In this document: piece after piece, positions 27,395 through 41,429 of the stretch
Numbering within the stretch: the first letter of the stretch is position 1
How the letters are laid out: the number at the start of each line of letters is the position of its first letter
NCBI RefSeq assembly: GCF_009914755.1
Contig: NC_060926.1
Source: the human T2T-CHM13v2.0 reference genome, Homo sapiens
DNA: 64,000 nt
Reading direction: 5' to 3' (one strand)
Program-made: the position numbers and the translations under genes
Notes under the pieces: model-generated
Database searches by the model: none
What the model was told of the DNA's origin: nothing
Seen by the model: the letters and a program-made list of their open reading frames with translations, nothing else

Positions 27395-29004
27395 AGGTTT
27401 CATAGGTAAAAGCCCTATTTATATTTAGGGTAAAGAGGGACACGGAGACTATGACATCCCTTCCCAGTGTAAGAGTTGCAGTAACAAAGTGTTTCTCAGT
27501 GGAGGATAATTCTTCTCAGCAGAACATTGTCAGCTTCTGGAGGGCCAGTGGCATGGCAGCAGGGCTAAGAAGCTGGAGTGAAAGCACTAGATACTCTACT
27601 TCCTGAGCAGTGGTAGACTATTCCCTCCAGAATTTCAGAAAAAACAAAAAATAGGGACACTTTGAGGAGAAAGCTAATTTCTGATAACAGCATCATAGAC
27701 TTACACTGACGTAGTTGAGTTACAAATGTAAAATGATTGGCAAAATGTTTAGCACACAGGATGCAACATGTGGTACTTTCCTTCCCTCTCTTTTACAGTG
27801 AAATTTTCATCTAAATAAGTAAGTAAATAGATTAGTGGTCTCCACTTTGGCTCCTGTGTTCAGCTACAATTTCTATTTAGAATAGGTAGACACTTTTATC
27901 TGATTGGTGTAATAACTTGGCTAAAGCTGTGGTGTGTTGGTCATGCAGAATAGATTATCCAGGATGCCGAAGGAATGGAGCTTTGTATTTGGGGCTTTGC
28001 TGACTGCCTGATTATTCTACAGACCAATGAAGAGTCTCTGCATCCACAGCTATTACACTGCCTCCTGAAGAGGAGGCCAAATATCTTATAAATTACAAGA
28101 TTCAAAATATTATTCAAAATAATCCCACTTGTCTTCAAATACACATTTCCTCCAAAAATTAAAACACACAGAAAGAAAATGCAAAACTCCACAAAATTTA
28201 AGAAACACTCCAGGCCATTATTTCAACTTCGCCGTGAACAATTCAGGGAAATGACAACCCAGGTGGTATTTTCCATTTGACTAACTTATGTTTTAGTACT
28301 TGGCACTTGTGTGTCTACTCCCATAACAAGCAACTATGTGGTGATTAAAAATTAAATGTTTTGCCTTGTTTGAAGAGCTGCTGTTCAGAGTATTGCATTG
28401 GAAAGCACTTACCTGAAAGGAGAGCTTATGTTCTGTTAGTGGTGGAGAGCAGAGTGATTTCCATTTGCTCTGTGCATGTCACTGGAGAGGTTCTAAACTG
28501 TAAATGCTCACTGTCCATTTATGGGGTTTATGTATGCAATTTCTGCAGAAATCGTCTTTGTAAATGGGAATGAAAATTATCCTTGCACTTATTCCACAGC
28601 CTTTTCTCATCTCCAGCAAGTGAAAATGAGCCTTTGGGTCTCAAAATATCTCCTGTGTGTTTGATTTTGTTGGGCAGATTTGAAATGATCCTCCAGCTCC
28701 AAAGTTGGTAAAAACAGAATGGTTTTCTTCTTATTAACTGAGCAACTGATATCCTTAAAAATGATGTCTGTATATTTCTTATTATATGACACAAATTCCA
28801 GGGAAAGACCACGGGAATTGTAGTCAGGCATAACAACCTTTTTTCTCTCTCTGCTGTTTACTGGCTGGATAATACAGGGTAAATTATTTAAATTCTCTGA
28901 ACCTAAATTTTCTCATATATAAAGTGAAATTGAAAATATTTTTCCCAAATTTCTGCTTCCAGAAAATGTGGTCCACTAACCTAAAACTTGAGAGCATGGT
29001 AGTG

Positions 29005-29820
29005 TATATAAAACATAAAATTCTAAGCCTGACAACCAACTGATTGGACCCTTTCTCTCAGTCAAGAGCGTTCCAAAATTAACCTGAAAAATCAGTTAAT
29101 GTCATAATGTGAAGGGGGAATCAGACACGCCTTATACTCTCCATCCTTTGGAATTCAAGCACAGCTGACCAGTATCAGCATTAAAACAGAGATCTTAAGA
29201 CTAACAAAACAGACTATTTGTAGCAATAAGATACACAATTCCAACCGAACTCTAGTATAGCATCATACGACAGATAGCAGGCCCTGAAAGAAATCAAAGT
29301 ATTTCACCCCAAAATATATCTTACTAAGTCTTTTCAGGAAAGTCAGGCACCTTTTAAGGTCTGATAAAAAGACATTTACCATTTACCATCCATTGTCTCT
29401 GAAGTCTTCTCCCTAGAGGCTTCACCTGTATAACAAGAGCCTTGGTTTCCACAACCCTCCTTATCTTAACCCTAAGCATTTCTTTCTGATGACTTCAACT
29501 CTTCAAACAAAACTTAACTCTTTCAACCAACTGCCAATTGGGAAAACTTTGAATCCACCTATGACTTGGAAGCCAACCTGCCTCCTTTAAGATGTGTCAC
29601 CTTTCTAAACCAAACCAATGTACACATTACATGTATTGATTGATGTCTGCCTGTAACTTCTGCCCCCCATCCCTTAATGTACAAAATCAATCTGTGACCT
29701 TACTTCCTTGAGCACATGTTCTCAGGACCTCCTGAGGCTATGGTGTGGGCATTTCCTCAACTTTAGCAAAATAAACTTTCAAAATTGATGGACACTTGCC
29801 TGAGATACATTTTTGTTTAA
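29005..29820 (+). mobile_element. MER4D/E-like ERV1 solo LTR
   Basis: ataaaattctaagcc..., cagagatcttaagact, gcacatgttctcaggacctcctgaggct, aataaa near the end. Confidence 0.85.
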
Positions 29821-30199
29821 AGCACAAAGAGGAGATAGAAAAAGAGAGATGAGAGTAATGAATGTAAAATCTGGAAGAAAATATTGTGGAGACAGAAAAT
29901 GATTGAGTCCCATTGAGGGGAAAGCATCTGTCTTGAGCAAAAAAGATCCTGACAGATGGTCAGAGAATATGTTGGGAGACACTTTTCATTGTGACTTTTT
30001 TCTCCCCAAAATTTTCCATAATAAGCCATTTCTCATCCCTTGACCCAACATGGTTGGTCTCTGGAACAGGAGCACTGTTCACATGCTGCTCAAGAATGGT
30101 GGTGGTAACAGCAGAGCAGCTCTTGAGACTGGTTGGTGGAAAATAAGTATCAATGAGGGTATGCAGGACAGCTCATCTCTAAAAATTACTTTGCCTGCA

Positions 30200-30657
30200 T
30201 AAAACATAACTCCAAGAGCTAGAGGATTACTCTTTGGTTCTGGTTTTTATGGCAGCTTCATTACGTAGCCATGATTGATTAAGTGATTGGCCACTGGTAA
30301 TCAACTTAATTTCCAGCCTCTTTCTCCTTTCCTGAGGTTGGAGGGTGGGGCTGAAAGTACCAACTCACTAATCACACGGTTCCCCTGGCCACCAGCCCCT
30401 TCATCCTTAGAGATTTTCCAAACGTCACCTTATTAACATAAACTCAAGTGTAATAGAATTGGGCTTGTTATGAATAATAAAAGACCCTCCTTTAAACTTT
30501 ATAATTTTGAAGCTATTTCAGGAATGGGAGAAAAAACAATTATTCTTTGAAAAAAGGTATTCCTCTTATTCCTATAACTCAGGAATTTGCAAGAGTTTTA
30601 CAAGTTCTGTGATGGGAACCAGGGACAAAGACCAAATATCTATTTCTTATATCACAA
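30200..30657 (-). mobile_element. MER21-family LTR (partial)
   Basis: gggtggggctgaaagt, ccctggccaccagcccc and end gaaccagggacaaagaccaaatatctatttcttatatcaca. Confidence 0.78.
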
Positions 30658-30899
30658 GTTTTCAAAAACCAATTAATACATTATTTATTCATTTATTCAT
30701 GTATAGATAGATGGTTACTGTCAAAAATAAACACTTTGTGTTTATAGGTAATGCAGCAATTACAATATATAGGGCACGAATGAAGCTTCACAGGTGTCAA
30801 GACTCGAAATCTTATAGACTAAGTTCTTTGGCCAGAATGCAATACAATTGGAAATCAGTGATAAAAGAGCCACTTCAAATTTTTATTTTAGACAATTAA

Positions 30900-32500
30900 G
30901 TAAGAAATCAAAGAGATTTTGAAAAGTATTAGAATATTATGAGCTGTTATATGATACTATATTTGAAAACTTAGCTGAAATGGTAAATTCCTATAGAAAC
31001 ATGAAATTTCAAAAATCGTTGATAAAGTAAAGAGCATAAAACATTCAGTATGTGTTAAAGTAATGGAAATGGTCATCAGAAGAGCAACAAATAAGTTCTA
31101 CAAACTTTCACAGAATAGCTATTTATTAACTTACAAAAGTTGTTCCAGGACAAAAAAATAAAGCTTTCCCAGCTCATTTTATGAAGCAAGGGTAATCTTT
31201 ATTCCAATATACATAAGGTTTCTAAAAAGCCATTCTTGAGGGTGTGTGGCCAATATGCTGCTTGTTCAAGATTAACTGAGGGATTAGCAAAGAAAGCTCA
31301 GAAATATAATCATGTATTTGTAGCAGATATGCTAAGTGACAGAACTGGAATGCCCAGTTAGTAGGGAATATGTAAAGGATAAAGGCCACTAAATGGAGAA
31401 AAGTTACGTTCAATTTCTTTCATTCAATATATAAATGTTAACTCCAGAGAGCTTAAAAACCTTAAACACTATCAAGCTAAAGTAAGAAAATGTAGAATAT
31501 CATTGAGCCCTGGCGTAAGGATGGGGGAAAGAGATAGTATACCAGATTCTCAAACAAAAGACTATAAAAAAAGAGTTAATGGATTGTATTACGGAAATAT
31601 TAAATATTTCATTAAAGAAGGAAAGTATAGGTGATGTTAGCAAACATAGGGCAGATTGAAATGAGGGATTTGCAGCAACTAAAACCAATTAAAAGCCAAT
31701 CTGTTAAATATGGAAGAAATTCTACAAATCCATAAGAAGAACACAAGGAAATACAGAGAACAAACCTAAATATCTAGAATTATATGAAAAGATACTCATC
31801 CTCACCAATAGAAAACTGCGATATTGCCTTATACATATTAGGAGATGCATCTTAGGAAAAAATAGAGCTTTGAATTATACCAAGCATTGTTATGGATGGA
31901 GTGGTGTGTGTGGCAGTGACCAGAATGGATGCAAACTGATAAGGTTGATCTGGAGAGCAGCTGACAGAAGTTACATTGCATATGTGTACACCCTGTTACC
32001 AACAAGCCCATTCCTAGGTTTATATTCCCAAGAAGTTAATGAAAAATCATGTGTGAAGCTCATTCTTTTTATCACTGTTTGTGATAGCTACTGGTTGTAG
32101 CTATCTCTACATTTATGTATCTCTAAATACATAAAATATGATTGATGTATTCAGTGTGGCAAGCACTTAGGAGCAGTCAATTAGGTGTACCTGTGACCAC
32201 ATGAAGATTACTTAATGCTACCACGTTACACGCACATACAAATAGGCTCCATGGCACAATGTCATTTACATATCCTAAAACACATACAAAAACCCAACAC
32301 TCTTTTTATAAGGTTATATACAAATCCAAAGACATGTAACAAACACATTAGATTGGGTGTCTGTGTTGGAACATAGAACAGGATTGGGGGTCAGGAAAAG
32401 CAAAAAGAAAATAAAAGAGAATGAGGTCTTCCATGAACTAATGATAATTATGTGCCATAAACTGGAAGTTATACTTAATTAAACTCTATAGCTGAGACCA
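30900..32500 (+). mobile_element. Ancient L1M remnant
   Basis: Degenerate L1 motifs (cagctcattttatgaagcaag; tatgaaaagatactcatcctcac; cccattcctaggtttatattccc). Confidence 0.6.
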
Positions 32501-33169
32501 AATAGAAAGAAAAAAGTGTGCAGCAGCAAGGAAATGTTTAAGTTAACAATGCTCAACATATTTGTGCATCTCTGCAGTTTAGAAAATTGAAATTTTGAAG
32601 GGATTGGTTAATACCATATTCATTTGCTTTTTGTTTGGTTACTTTTTATCTCAGTTCCTCCTTAAGGAGAAGAGCTTAATCCTTGCTGTGAATTTCTTTT
32701 GTATTATTTGGGCAAAATCTTCAAGTGTCTTAATAAATATATGATCTTTCTTTAGTACCGGATGGGTGGGAGGTTTTTTTCTCTTTCTCATATTCAGCTC
32801 CATGTTCTTTCCAGCAGATGCTGCTATCAGAGCGTGATCCTCAGTTTTCATAAAAATGCACACACTTACAACAAAAATTGACCACACTTTGGCAGCTTAT
32901 GTATTAAGTGTTCCTACCACACTGCGATGTATCAGTGGGCAAACACTGCATTAAATGAGCTATAGTAAAGCAATCCAGAAGAGAACTATGTGGTCATTAG
33001 AATGATGGAAATAACTTTAGCAAGACGGTGACTGCAACAATATGAGTGGAAACAATGCCCAAACAACAATATTCCACGTATAGTATTTATAGTAAAAATA
33101 CGTTTGAAAGAAAATATGAAACACGTTGGTAATGATTTTTCACTGTGGTGAGAAGATTGGTCCTGGCTG

Positions 33170-33365
33170 TAACAGAAACCATCAGTACCATCATCCCCAC
33201 AGCCCTCCAACCCTTCCCTGTGCTTCGCAGTTTCCAGCTGCCAGGGTCGGCATCTTTGTGCCTGAGGGCTTTGGAAAGCCTCTCTGCTGATGTGCCCATA
33301 CACCAAGGAATTGACACCTCCTGGGGGCAGCCCTCAACAGAGACCCATGGGAGTTCATGTATAAC
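33170..33365 (+). mobile_element. Probable ERVL LTR fragment (LTR40/41-like)
   Basis: cagctgccagggtcggcatctttgtgcctgagggcttt and gggggcagccctcaac...atgggagt resemble this family. Confidence 0.4.
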
Positions 33366-33639
33366 ACCAACAGAAAAACAATGCAACATAAAAAATTGTG
33401 CTGTGACAAATTAATGATTCCCATCAGTGTGACTGACAGAGTTTAAAAATGTTTACAATATGACTTTCTGACTTCCTCAGGTGGTGTCAATTCCTAAGAC
33501 AAACACCTTGTAATTCATTACAAATGCAAATATGTCAAACATTGTTCTTTGAAAATAAATAAATAAAAATTGATATGGTATTAAAATACTGCTGTTTTTC
33601 CTGTCTGATACATAAAGAAAATGTAATGTGAATACTTAT

Positions 33640-34195
33640 AGTTTCCAAGAGTATGTGGAAATTGACATTCACATATACTTTGGTACGTAAGTAAATTTAT
33701 AGCAAAATAATTTAAAATATGAACAACTATTGGTATGTTTATTGTGGCATTATTTGTAATATCAAATTAGAAACAAAGTAAATGTCCAACAACTAAGGTT
33801 TTAAAAAATGTGTTACAGTTGCACAACAATGTACTTAATGCCATTGAGCTGTGCACTTAAAAATCGTTAAAATGGTAAATTTTGTTAGGTATATTTTATC
33901 ACAATAAAACATGTATTATAGTGCACCTAACAAAGAAATGAGCTATTAAAGATGATATCGCAAAGCATTTTATCAATGGAGAAATGTATTTCTATGTGTG
34001 TGAATCATGCTATAAAAATGTGCTTAATATTTACATTGTATATTATTTATGTTATATATATGTAAATGCATATCCATTTATATTTATAGACATTGAAAAA
34101 GGTTACATTTTAACATACACTTCATGTAATTATAGTTCTTCACACATTTTTCTTTTGCTTATTTAATTTTTTTCAATATTTCTCTAATAAGCCAA
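33640..34195 (+). mobile_element. L1ME/L1M 3' end fragments
   Basis: gtacttaatgccattgagctgtgcacttaaaaatcgttaaaatggtaaattttgtt...tttatcacaataaaa is a typical L1M 3' end. Confidence 0.65.
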
Positions 34196-34221
34196 TCTTA
34201 CTTAAGTTAAATGAAAATGAC

Positions 34222-34498
34222 CCTGTGATCTCAACACTTTGGGAGGCCAAGGTGGGTGAATCACTTGAGTCCAGGAGTTTGAGACCAGCTTGGGCAACAT
34301 GGCGAAACCCCACCTCTACGAAAAATAAAAAAAATTAGCTGAGTGTGGTGGTCCAAGTCTGAGCTACTGAGGAGGCTGAAGTAGGAGGATTGCTTGAGCC
34401 TAGGAGGTAGAGGTTGAACAATGAGCCAAGATGATGGCACTGCACTCCAGCCTGAGTGAAAGAGACAGGCCCTGGTTTATTGATTTTTTTTTTTTTTT
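34222..34498 (+). mobile_element. AluJ-like, slightly 5'-truncated, with T-rich tail
   Basis: Alu body with gaggattgcttgagcctaggagg (J-type); TSD gaaaatgacc on both sides. Confidence 0.9.
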
Positions 34499-36690
34499 AA
34501 GAAAATGACCTTGATGTGGAAACATTTGGAATAACTTCACAAATATGTTCTTGGGTGTCTAATCCAAACCCGAGAATCAATAATGCTTATAAAATGGGAG
34601 AAATAGGGCGAAAATTTATTTTTCTTAAATTTTTCTTTCTCATTTCTCTGATTCAAACTTTTTGACCTACTTTTTTTTATGAATAAGAAGCAATTGATTT
34701 AAAATACCTTAATTTTATCTCATTTCTTAATTACAAGGAAAACATAGGCTGATTTGTCCATTTTTATTTAAAGTCATTCTCAGAAGGCTTTCTGTGCTTC
34801 ACATTTAAGTCACTTTTTACCTGATAATATTATTTATGACTATGTTTTCTTCTATTGGGTTGTAAGTTTTATGAAAACTGCATTCTGGCTAATTTATTTA
34901 ATGTATTTCCCACAGTGTCCAACTAAATGTGTGTTTGTACATAATAGATTCTTAGTATATTTGAGGGATAACAAATGGCAGTAAATTAACCTTTTCTTTT
35001 TCTACCGTTTTTTTCCATTTTTTTAAAAAAACATATGGGGCCTTAATGGGTTCCTCCCTTGTGTGTTTCTGTTCCTTTCACTCAAGCTCCCTCCTCTCCT
35101 CTATTAGAACCATTTTCAGGTATTTTTCCTCTCTTAGGGAACATGTAACATTCAATGGTTAAGATTTATGGAAATGTGCCCCCCAATATGGCTACATGCC
35201 CATTTTGTATGGTGTGAAGACCATAATTTTATAAGCTAGCCATTCCATTATTGGACTGCCAAAGCTATTAATATGTTCTTTCTAACACGTGAGCTGCATT
35301 TTTTTCCCCCATGAATCTAGCCATTGAATCCAGCTCTGCCCCTACTGAAACGGGGAAAGGGTATGGTCTCTCATCTACATGGCACTCTATGGTTGAAGAG
35401 CATGACCTGGGTTCCTCAGAGGCTCCTTTACTGGGCTAGGTGGCCCTGGGTTCTCACATAGCCCAGTTTTCCGGACCTTGCACTGTGATGGCTGTTCATG
35501 ACCACACTGTTGGTTAGCCATGGTGCTCCCAAGACAGGGCACAGTGCTCCTGATTTAACTAGCCGCAAACAGAAGACAGGGGGGCTTTGCCATTTTAGAG
35601 ATTATAATCCTATCATAATCATCTAAGTGCTTTGGCTTTATTTCAGCAAGTGTGGCCATTGCTCTGTTATGCAGATCTTATGCCTCTTTGTCCTGTTTCT
35701 TGATGTCCATTTATATTCTGAGTGTGTGTTCTCCAGCCCTGCAAGCTTGTGCTGCTGACTTCATAGGTAAGAATTCCATATTTTGTTTTTTTAACCCATT
35801 TGTTTTCACCCAGGTTATGCTTTATAAACATTAATTGATAATAAAACTTGAAAGTTAATTTTCTCTCTCTACGAATTTCCCCCACCCTAGCACTCCTGAA
35901 TCATTGTGGCATCAGAACAGAGCTGGCATGGTTTCTATGGCACAGAAAACACTGTGGGAAAAGGGTCTATGCAAGACTTCGGGATGGACACTGCAGAAGT
36001 TAGGGAACCAAAAGACCACATGTTAAAACTTGCTCACAAAAGATCACCACTTGGCAGTCAGAGAGAAGGGCCAATGCCAGTCTGAGGCACCGACTTGAGG
36101 TATAGCTTTATGTTAGCACAAAATTAATGCTGATTAACTTTATATTATAATTAATTCTTCAGTACATTATCTACTCTAATCTTCTCAACCACTTAGTAAG
36201 AAAATTTTGTTTATTTTCCCTATTTTACATTTCAGGAAAATAAGTATTGGAAAACTACGTACTTCCCCAAAGGATACTCTCAAGTTTTGGCAAAAAAGAC
36301 GTCTTTCTTCTTTGCCCCATTGTCCTGTCTCTGTCCTTAGGGAAAGAAACATGAAGAAATGCTCCCTGGCCTTTTAACTGTTCTTGTGGTCACAGCTCCC
36401 AAAGAGAGTAAGGACTCCTAATCTGTGTGGACAGAGCCTAAATTTCTGGGTGATGTTTCACTAGGCTGCAGAAAAAGCAGGTGCCCAACCTCCACGTTCA
36501 CTTCCTGCGTGTGTCTCTCCCCAGGCTTCTTGCAGTTTTGGGCTCCATGAGAAAAGCCAGAATGGGGGCCCCATCTGTGCAGAGTGCAGCCAAATGGGCA
36601 CTCTCTGCTCCAGATTCCAGACCTGCTGGGACAAGGTCTCTGACTAACATGTCCACTGGCCGTTTGTCTAGGAAACAGTTTGTGTATCTA

Positions 36691-36806
36691 CTAGGTTGGT
36701 GCAAAAGTAACTGCAGTTTTTGCCATTTAAAGTAATGGCAAAACCATTATGTAGTAATGGCATTACTTTAAATGGCAAAAACCGCAATCACTTTTGCACC
36801 AACTTA
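36691..36806. mobile_element. MADE1 (Hsmar1 MITE) with an expanded centre
   Basis: TIRs taggttggtgcaaaagtaa... / ...cttttgcaccaactta, flanked by TA. Confidence 0.93.
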
Positions 36807-36951
36807 TAGCTCTTCTAGATTCAAGGGTGACAAGTAGAATGCTTTACATTGATTCCTGAACCTTAGCCTTGAGTACTGATGGGAAGAGATCTGCTCCAGA
36901 TGGCCATGGTGTTGTAATCAAGGTCTGGCCCAAGTACTAAGAGAAAGTAGG

Positions 36952-36985
36952 GTTTTGTTTTTGTTTTTGTTTTTGTTTTTGTTTG
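36952..36985. repeat. (GTTTTT)n microsatellite
   Basis: Directly visible. Confidence 0.9.
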
Positions 36986-37365
36986 TATTTTCCAGTTTCT
37001 CTTTGGCTGTTGTGCTCATGTCCAGGCATAGGTAATGTCTGAGTGAGTACAATTTCCTCTCTGTAAAACTGTAAAGGAGTGAGTAGTAGGTTTCTTGTCC
37101 CAAAGCCACTGCCTTATATTCTTAACATTAACCTTATACTCCAGGTGCCAGCCTGTCCCAGGTATAGAGGCATGGGGCTTAGTTGATTCATGCAGGAAGA
37201 AATCCTAGGTAGTTTCTTGGAAATCTTCTTAGCTTTAATTAATCCAGGGAAAATCTCCATGGATACTAAGGACTTTTCTTATCCTCTGTCTTAGGACACA
37301 CATGTGTGGCTTAAGTTCTGTCTAGTTTCCCCTACTGGGGATTTTTTTTTCAACTATCATAGGCA

Positions 37366-37870
37366 TTAAGTCGGAAAGGACCCCTGATACACATACTGAT
37401 TAATAAGAGAATAACAGACATTCATTAGCATATTATTTCATATATATGGGAGACACCCAGAGAATGAGTAGTTCTCAAAGAGGTGGCTTTGAATGTCAGC
37501 TTATAGAGCATCTTCGACAAAGTGTTCTTTGTTGGTGAGGAGTAAATTTATAGAGAAGTGACAAGAAAAAGGAAAGGGACCTGGAGTTTCCAGCCAGGGT
37601 AACTTGTGGGAAGGCAAATAACTGATAGATAAAGTCTGGTTAGCAAAGGTTGTCAACAAAGATTCCTCTCCAGATGGTAAGAATCTAAAGCTGTCTTCAG
37701 TAGTTAACCTTTGTTCTCCCCAAGGGAGGTCAGGATACCCTTTACCTTTGTAAATCTGTGTCTTGTTTTTAGGCAAACACAGGGAGGGCAGAGAGTTTCT
37801 TGTATCTGCTTCAACTTGCCTTCAGCTCAACCCTTCATATTTCAGGGAGGTATATTCGGCTGCCCCTCTG
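37366..37870 (-). mobile_element. MER4-group ERV1 LTR (MER31-like)
   Basis: tgggagacacccagagaatgagt, agggagggcagagag and tgccttcagctcaa motifs. Confidence 0.65.
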
Positions 37871-39768
37871 CCATACTCCAGCATTCCTCTGCTTTTCTCT
37901 CCAATGTACTGCGCCTTTCTTTTCCATCCTATCCTCACATTTTGATGTAGTGTGTGTTGCCCCAGGCCAGGTAGCAGAAACATCCCCTGTGCAATCTCTC
38001 CTTACTCTCGTCAAGCTACACAAGCTTCCCTCTGTGAAATGACCCTCTCCTCCTGCATTTTATTTCATGTTGCACTTTCTGCTGGGCAGAAACCAATTTT
38101 GAGCCTGCTCCTGAGAGCTGGGTGAAGCCCTCCCTAACACTATGGGTGCATCCCAGTTCCATGGGTGCCCATGAGCTTGTGATACTGTATTCTGTTTATT
38201 GGTTTACCTCTGTCTCTACAGCATTACACTAGGAGTTTCTTAATTATTCCACCCTTTATTCATTCAATATATATTGTGTTGAGCATGCCCCATGTGCTAA
38301 GAGCCATGGCAAGGTCCCAGAGTAAAAAGGATCAAAACAAACAAAAGAATAAAACATGGTTACTGCCCTCAAGTAATTCACAATGTAATGGAAAATCCAG
38401 ATTAGTGGACACACACACTGCGGCGATGGTTCAAGAGTCAGCTAATGTCTGTGAATCCCTGGAAGAGATGCGGTTTATCTGGATGAGAAGTGAGGAGACT
38501 CAGACTCTAGCAGATCACTTTACCTGGTGCCCTGAAAGGTTAGCAGTTACTCTCTAGAGGCAGCAGGCCAGGGATAGAAAGGGGTGGGGGGTAGGAACAG
38601 GAACCACGCACACACTGAGGAATGAGGCTGAAATAGCAGTGCAATGTCTTTGTGGCTGGTCAAAGCACAGGAAATTGGAAGCAATTCAGTGTGGTGGGAG
38701 AAGAGAGTATGGGGGGAGGGGCTGGGAGTTGAGGACATGTGGATTGGAGACAGAGGCTCAATTCAGCTATTCGTCTTTGCATCTACTCTATCACTCCACA
38801 AGGCATAGGCTCTCTTTTCTCAGTCTCTCTCTCTCTCTTTTTCTCTTTCTCTCAGCCGTTATTTTCTAATGAGCAAATGAATGAAGAATGAAGTAGACAT
38901 TCCAAGGCTGCCTCCAAATGCCTCTTAGTAACATAAATATGTATGGATGATGGCTGTTGAAATCACCAGGAAAAAATATGAACATTACTGTTTAAGTCTC
39001 ATTATTCCTTAAGTGCCTGTGTGTGTTTGCTTAATTACTTTGAATGGAAGCATATTTTAACATTGCTATGACATCTCCTACGGAATAAATGAGCTAAGAA
39101 AGAGACTTAAGCTGTAGACCACAAATGGCCCTTATATCATGTGAAGTTATTAATACCTGCCCTTGTTCATTGATTATTTAAGTAATTTATTTCCATTTGG
39201 GACATTTTACCTCAGGTATTCTAGTCTGTGCTAAAAGCTGCAGGAAAGTGCACCTGTCCGGCCTGCTTGGTGTGATGCACCGTTCTTGCACATATCTGTC
39301 CCAAGCTCTGGGGTCACTGGCACCCATTAGGTTCTAGAAAAACTGTAGGAAGGAGCCCAGTGAGCCTGGGAATAGGCCAGTGGGGAAGTACGAAGAATGA
39401 GAAGCACAGGGGAGAATTAGGGACGCACTGGAGAGTTTCTGCCACTGAATTGGACAAAATATTTGAGTTGTGTCAGAAAATCAAAATTGAACAAAAAATT
39501 TTGAGAGGCACTTACTCTGTTTTTACCCCTGGGCTAAACAAAGACATGTTTAGATATAAGAATATATTATAGGTAGATAGATAGACAGTCCCTGGCATTG
39601 TGGAACTTAGGGTTTACTTAAAGATAATTACTTCAGGCAGTATTGGAAATCATAGTGGTCAATGAAGATAGTAGATCTTTACTATGTGTTTTATCAAACT
39701 GCTCTTATTCATTCATTTCATAACATCGTAATAGCTCTCACGGAAAACAAATTTAGTGGGAATAAAAT

Positions 39769-40427
39769 TGTTAGATAGTTAGGCAGACATGAGCAGGGCA
39801 GGAGAGGTGCCTTCCAACCCAGGAATGTCAAGTGACCATCAGGTGATGGTCAGGCAGTTGTTAAACTGTCTCTCTAAAATAAAAATTGGTCACAGCCAGT
39901 GCTAAGGAAAGTCTGTCTCCCAAAAGATAGAAAGTACTTGAAGTTGGTGATCTGCTGCTTCCTGATAAGATCTCAGGAGTTGGGCAAGTGTGTTCAGACA
40001 TGTGCACTAAGAGGCAAAATGGCAGTTTAACTGGTATATGACCTTCCTCTAGGAACACTTGGCTGGTAAAGGAAGAACGCCTCAAGTGAGCATGCCCACA
40101 ACATCAGTAAACCACTGGGCATGCGGCCCCTCCCACATGCTGGCAGGCCACTGAACATGAGGATAGCCCCTCCCAAGGAAAAATCAAGGGAGGAGAAATG
40201 CAAACACTGGAACCAAGCCAATGTGTAAAACCACAAGTCAAGGGCCAAACAGCACACTTAGATCTCTTAAATGTCCACTTGGCCCCCTTCCAAGTATACT
40301 TCCTTTCGTTCCTGTCTAAAACTTGCCTCAGTCTCTCTCTCTGCCCTATGCCTCTCACCTGAAATCTTTCCTCCAAGGAGGGAAGAATCAAGTTGCTGCA
40401 GATCCGCCAGATTTGCTGCTGCTAACA
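39769..40427 (+). mobile_element. MER50 solo LTR
   Basis: tgttaga...ttaggcagacatgagcagggcaggagagg start; gctgctaaca end. Confidence 0.85.
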
Positions 40428-40469
40428 CAATGAACTTTGTGAAGATGAGGGAGGAAAGAGATTTGAGAA

Positions 40470-41242
40470 CTATGCTCTGATTTTTTTTATCTTGCCCAAA
40501 TTCCTATTTAAGGGTCCTAGGGGGGTCATGCCCTACAAATCTTAAGTTCTCATCCTATGGGTTTTATTTAACTCTATATATTTTGACTTACTTTCCAACC
40601 TGACTCTGGCCATAAATTACAAGACAAGGAAGAAAAATAAAAATATTTTACCATGAAACATATTTCTTTGCCATATTTTGAAATGGCCCTGCAAAGCTGT
40701 TCTTTGTGGAGGAAAATGTTTCATCTGTAAAGAATCTCTATTAACATAGCTAGATCTTTTTCTTTCAGATGCTTCCAATCCTAAAGAAACCTCTTTAAGA
40801 TTAACTAAGATTTGAATAGGAAACAATTTGCCATCTATTGTCTCTAAAGGCAGCCACAATAAGACTTCAAAAAACTTTGGCCTCCACAGTCTTTTATCTT
40901 ACCCTGAACATTCCCTTTCTAAGGATCCCAGGTCTTTAGACAAACTCAACCAATTGTCAACCAGAAAATGTTTGAATTCACCTATAGCTGAGAAGCCTCC
41001 CCCAACTCCCCTACCCAGTTTTGAGTTGTCCTGCCTTTCTAGAACAAACAAATGTATTTTTTAAGGTATTTGATTTATATCTCATGCCTTTCTAAAATGT
41101 ATAAACCAAGCTGCGCCCCGACAACCTTGGACACATGTTCTCAGGACCTCCTGAGGGCTGTGTCACGGACCATGGTCACTCATATTTTGCTCAGAATAAA
41201 TCTCTTCAAATATTTTACAGAGTTCGACTCTTTTTGTTGACA
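40470..41242 (+). mobile_element. MER4-family solo LTR
   Basis: atcttgcccaaattcctat, ttttgaaatggccctgcaaagctg, ctcagaataaatctcttcaaatattttacagag...gttgaca. Confidence 0.85.
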
Positions 41243-41429
41243 GAATAACCTGAAGAATTGGACCACACTTAATGAGAAGCCGAATGTTTGGAAAGATTAT
41301 CGATTTGTAGTTGACGTTTGTTTAATTCTAGGGCAGTATCCCACATAAAATAGAGAGAAGGATAATTTTCATGATTATCCTTAAGCTTAATAAGATCACA
41401 CATGCAAAGTGATAGGAAAATTGTTGTTG

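Noticed and set aside
32651-32887. 78-aa minus ORF with a basic patch (RKRKKPP) and a helical-looking tail
   Set aside because: No family recognised and no convincing splice context; within chance expectation.
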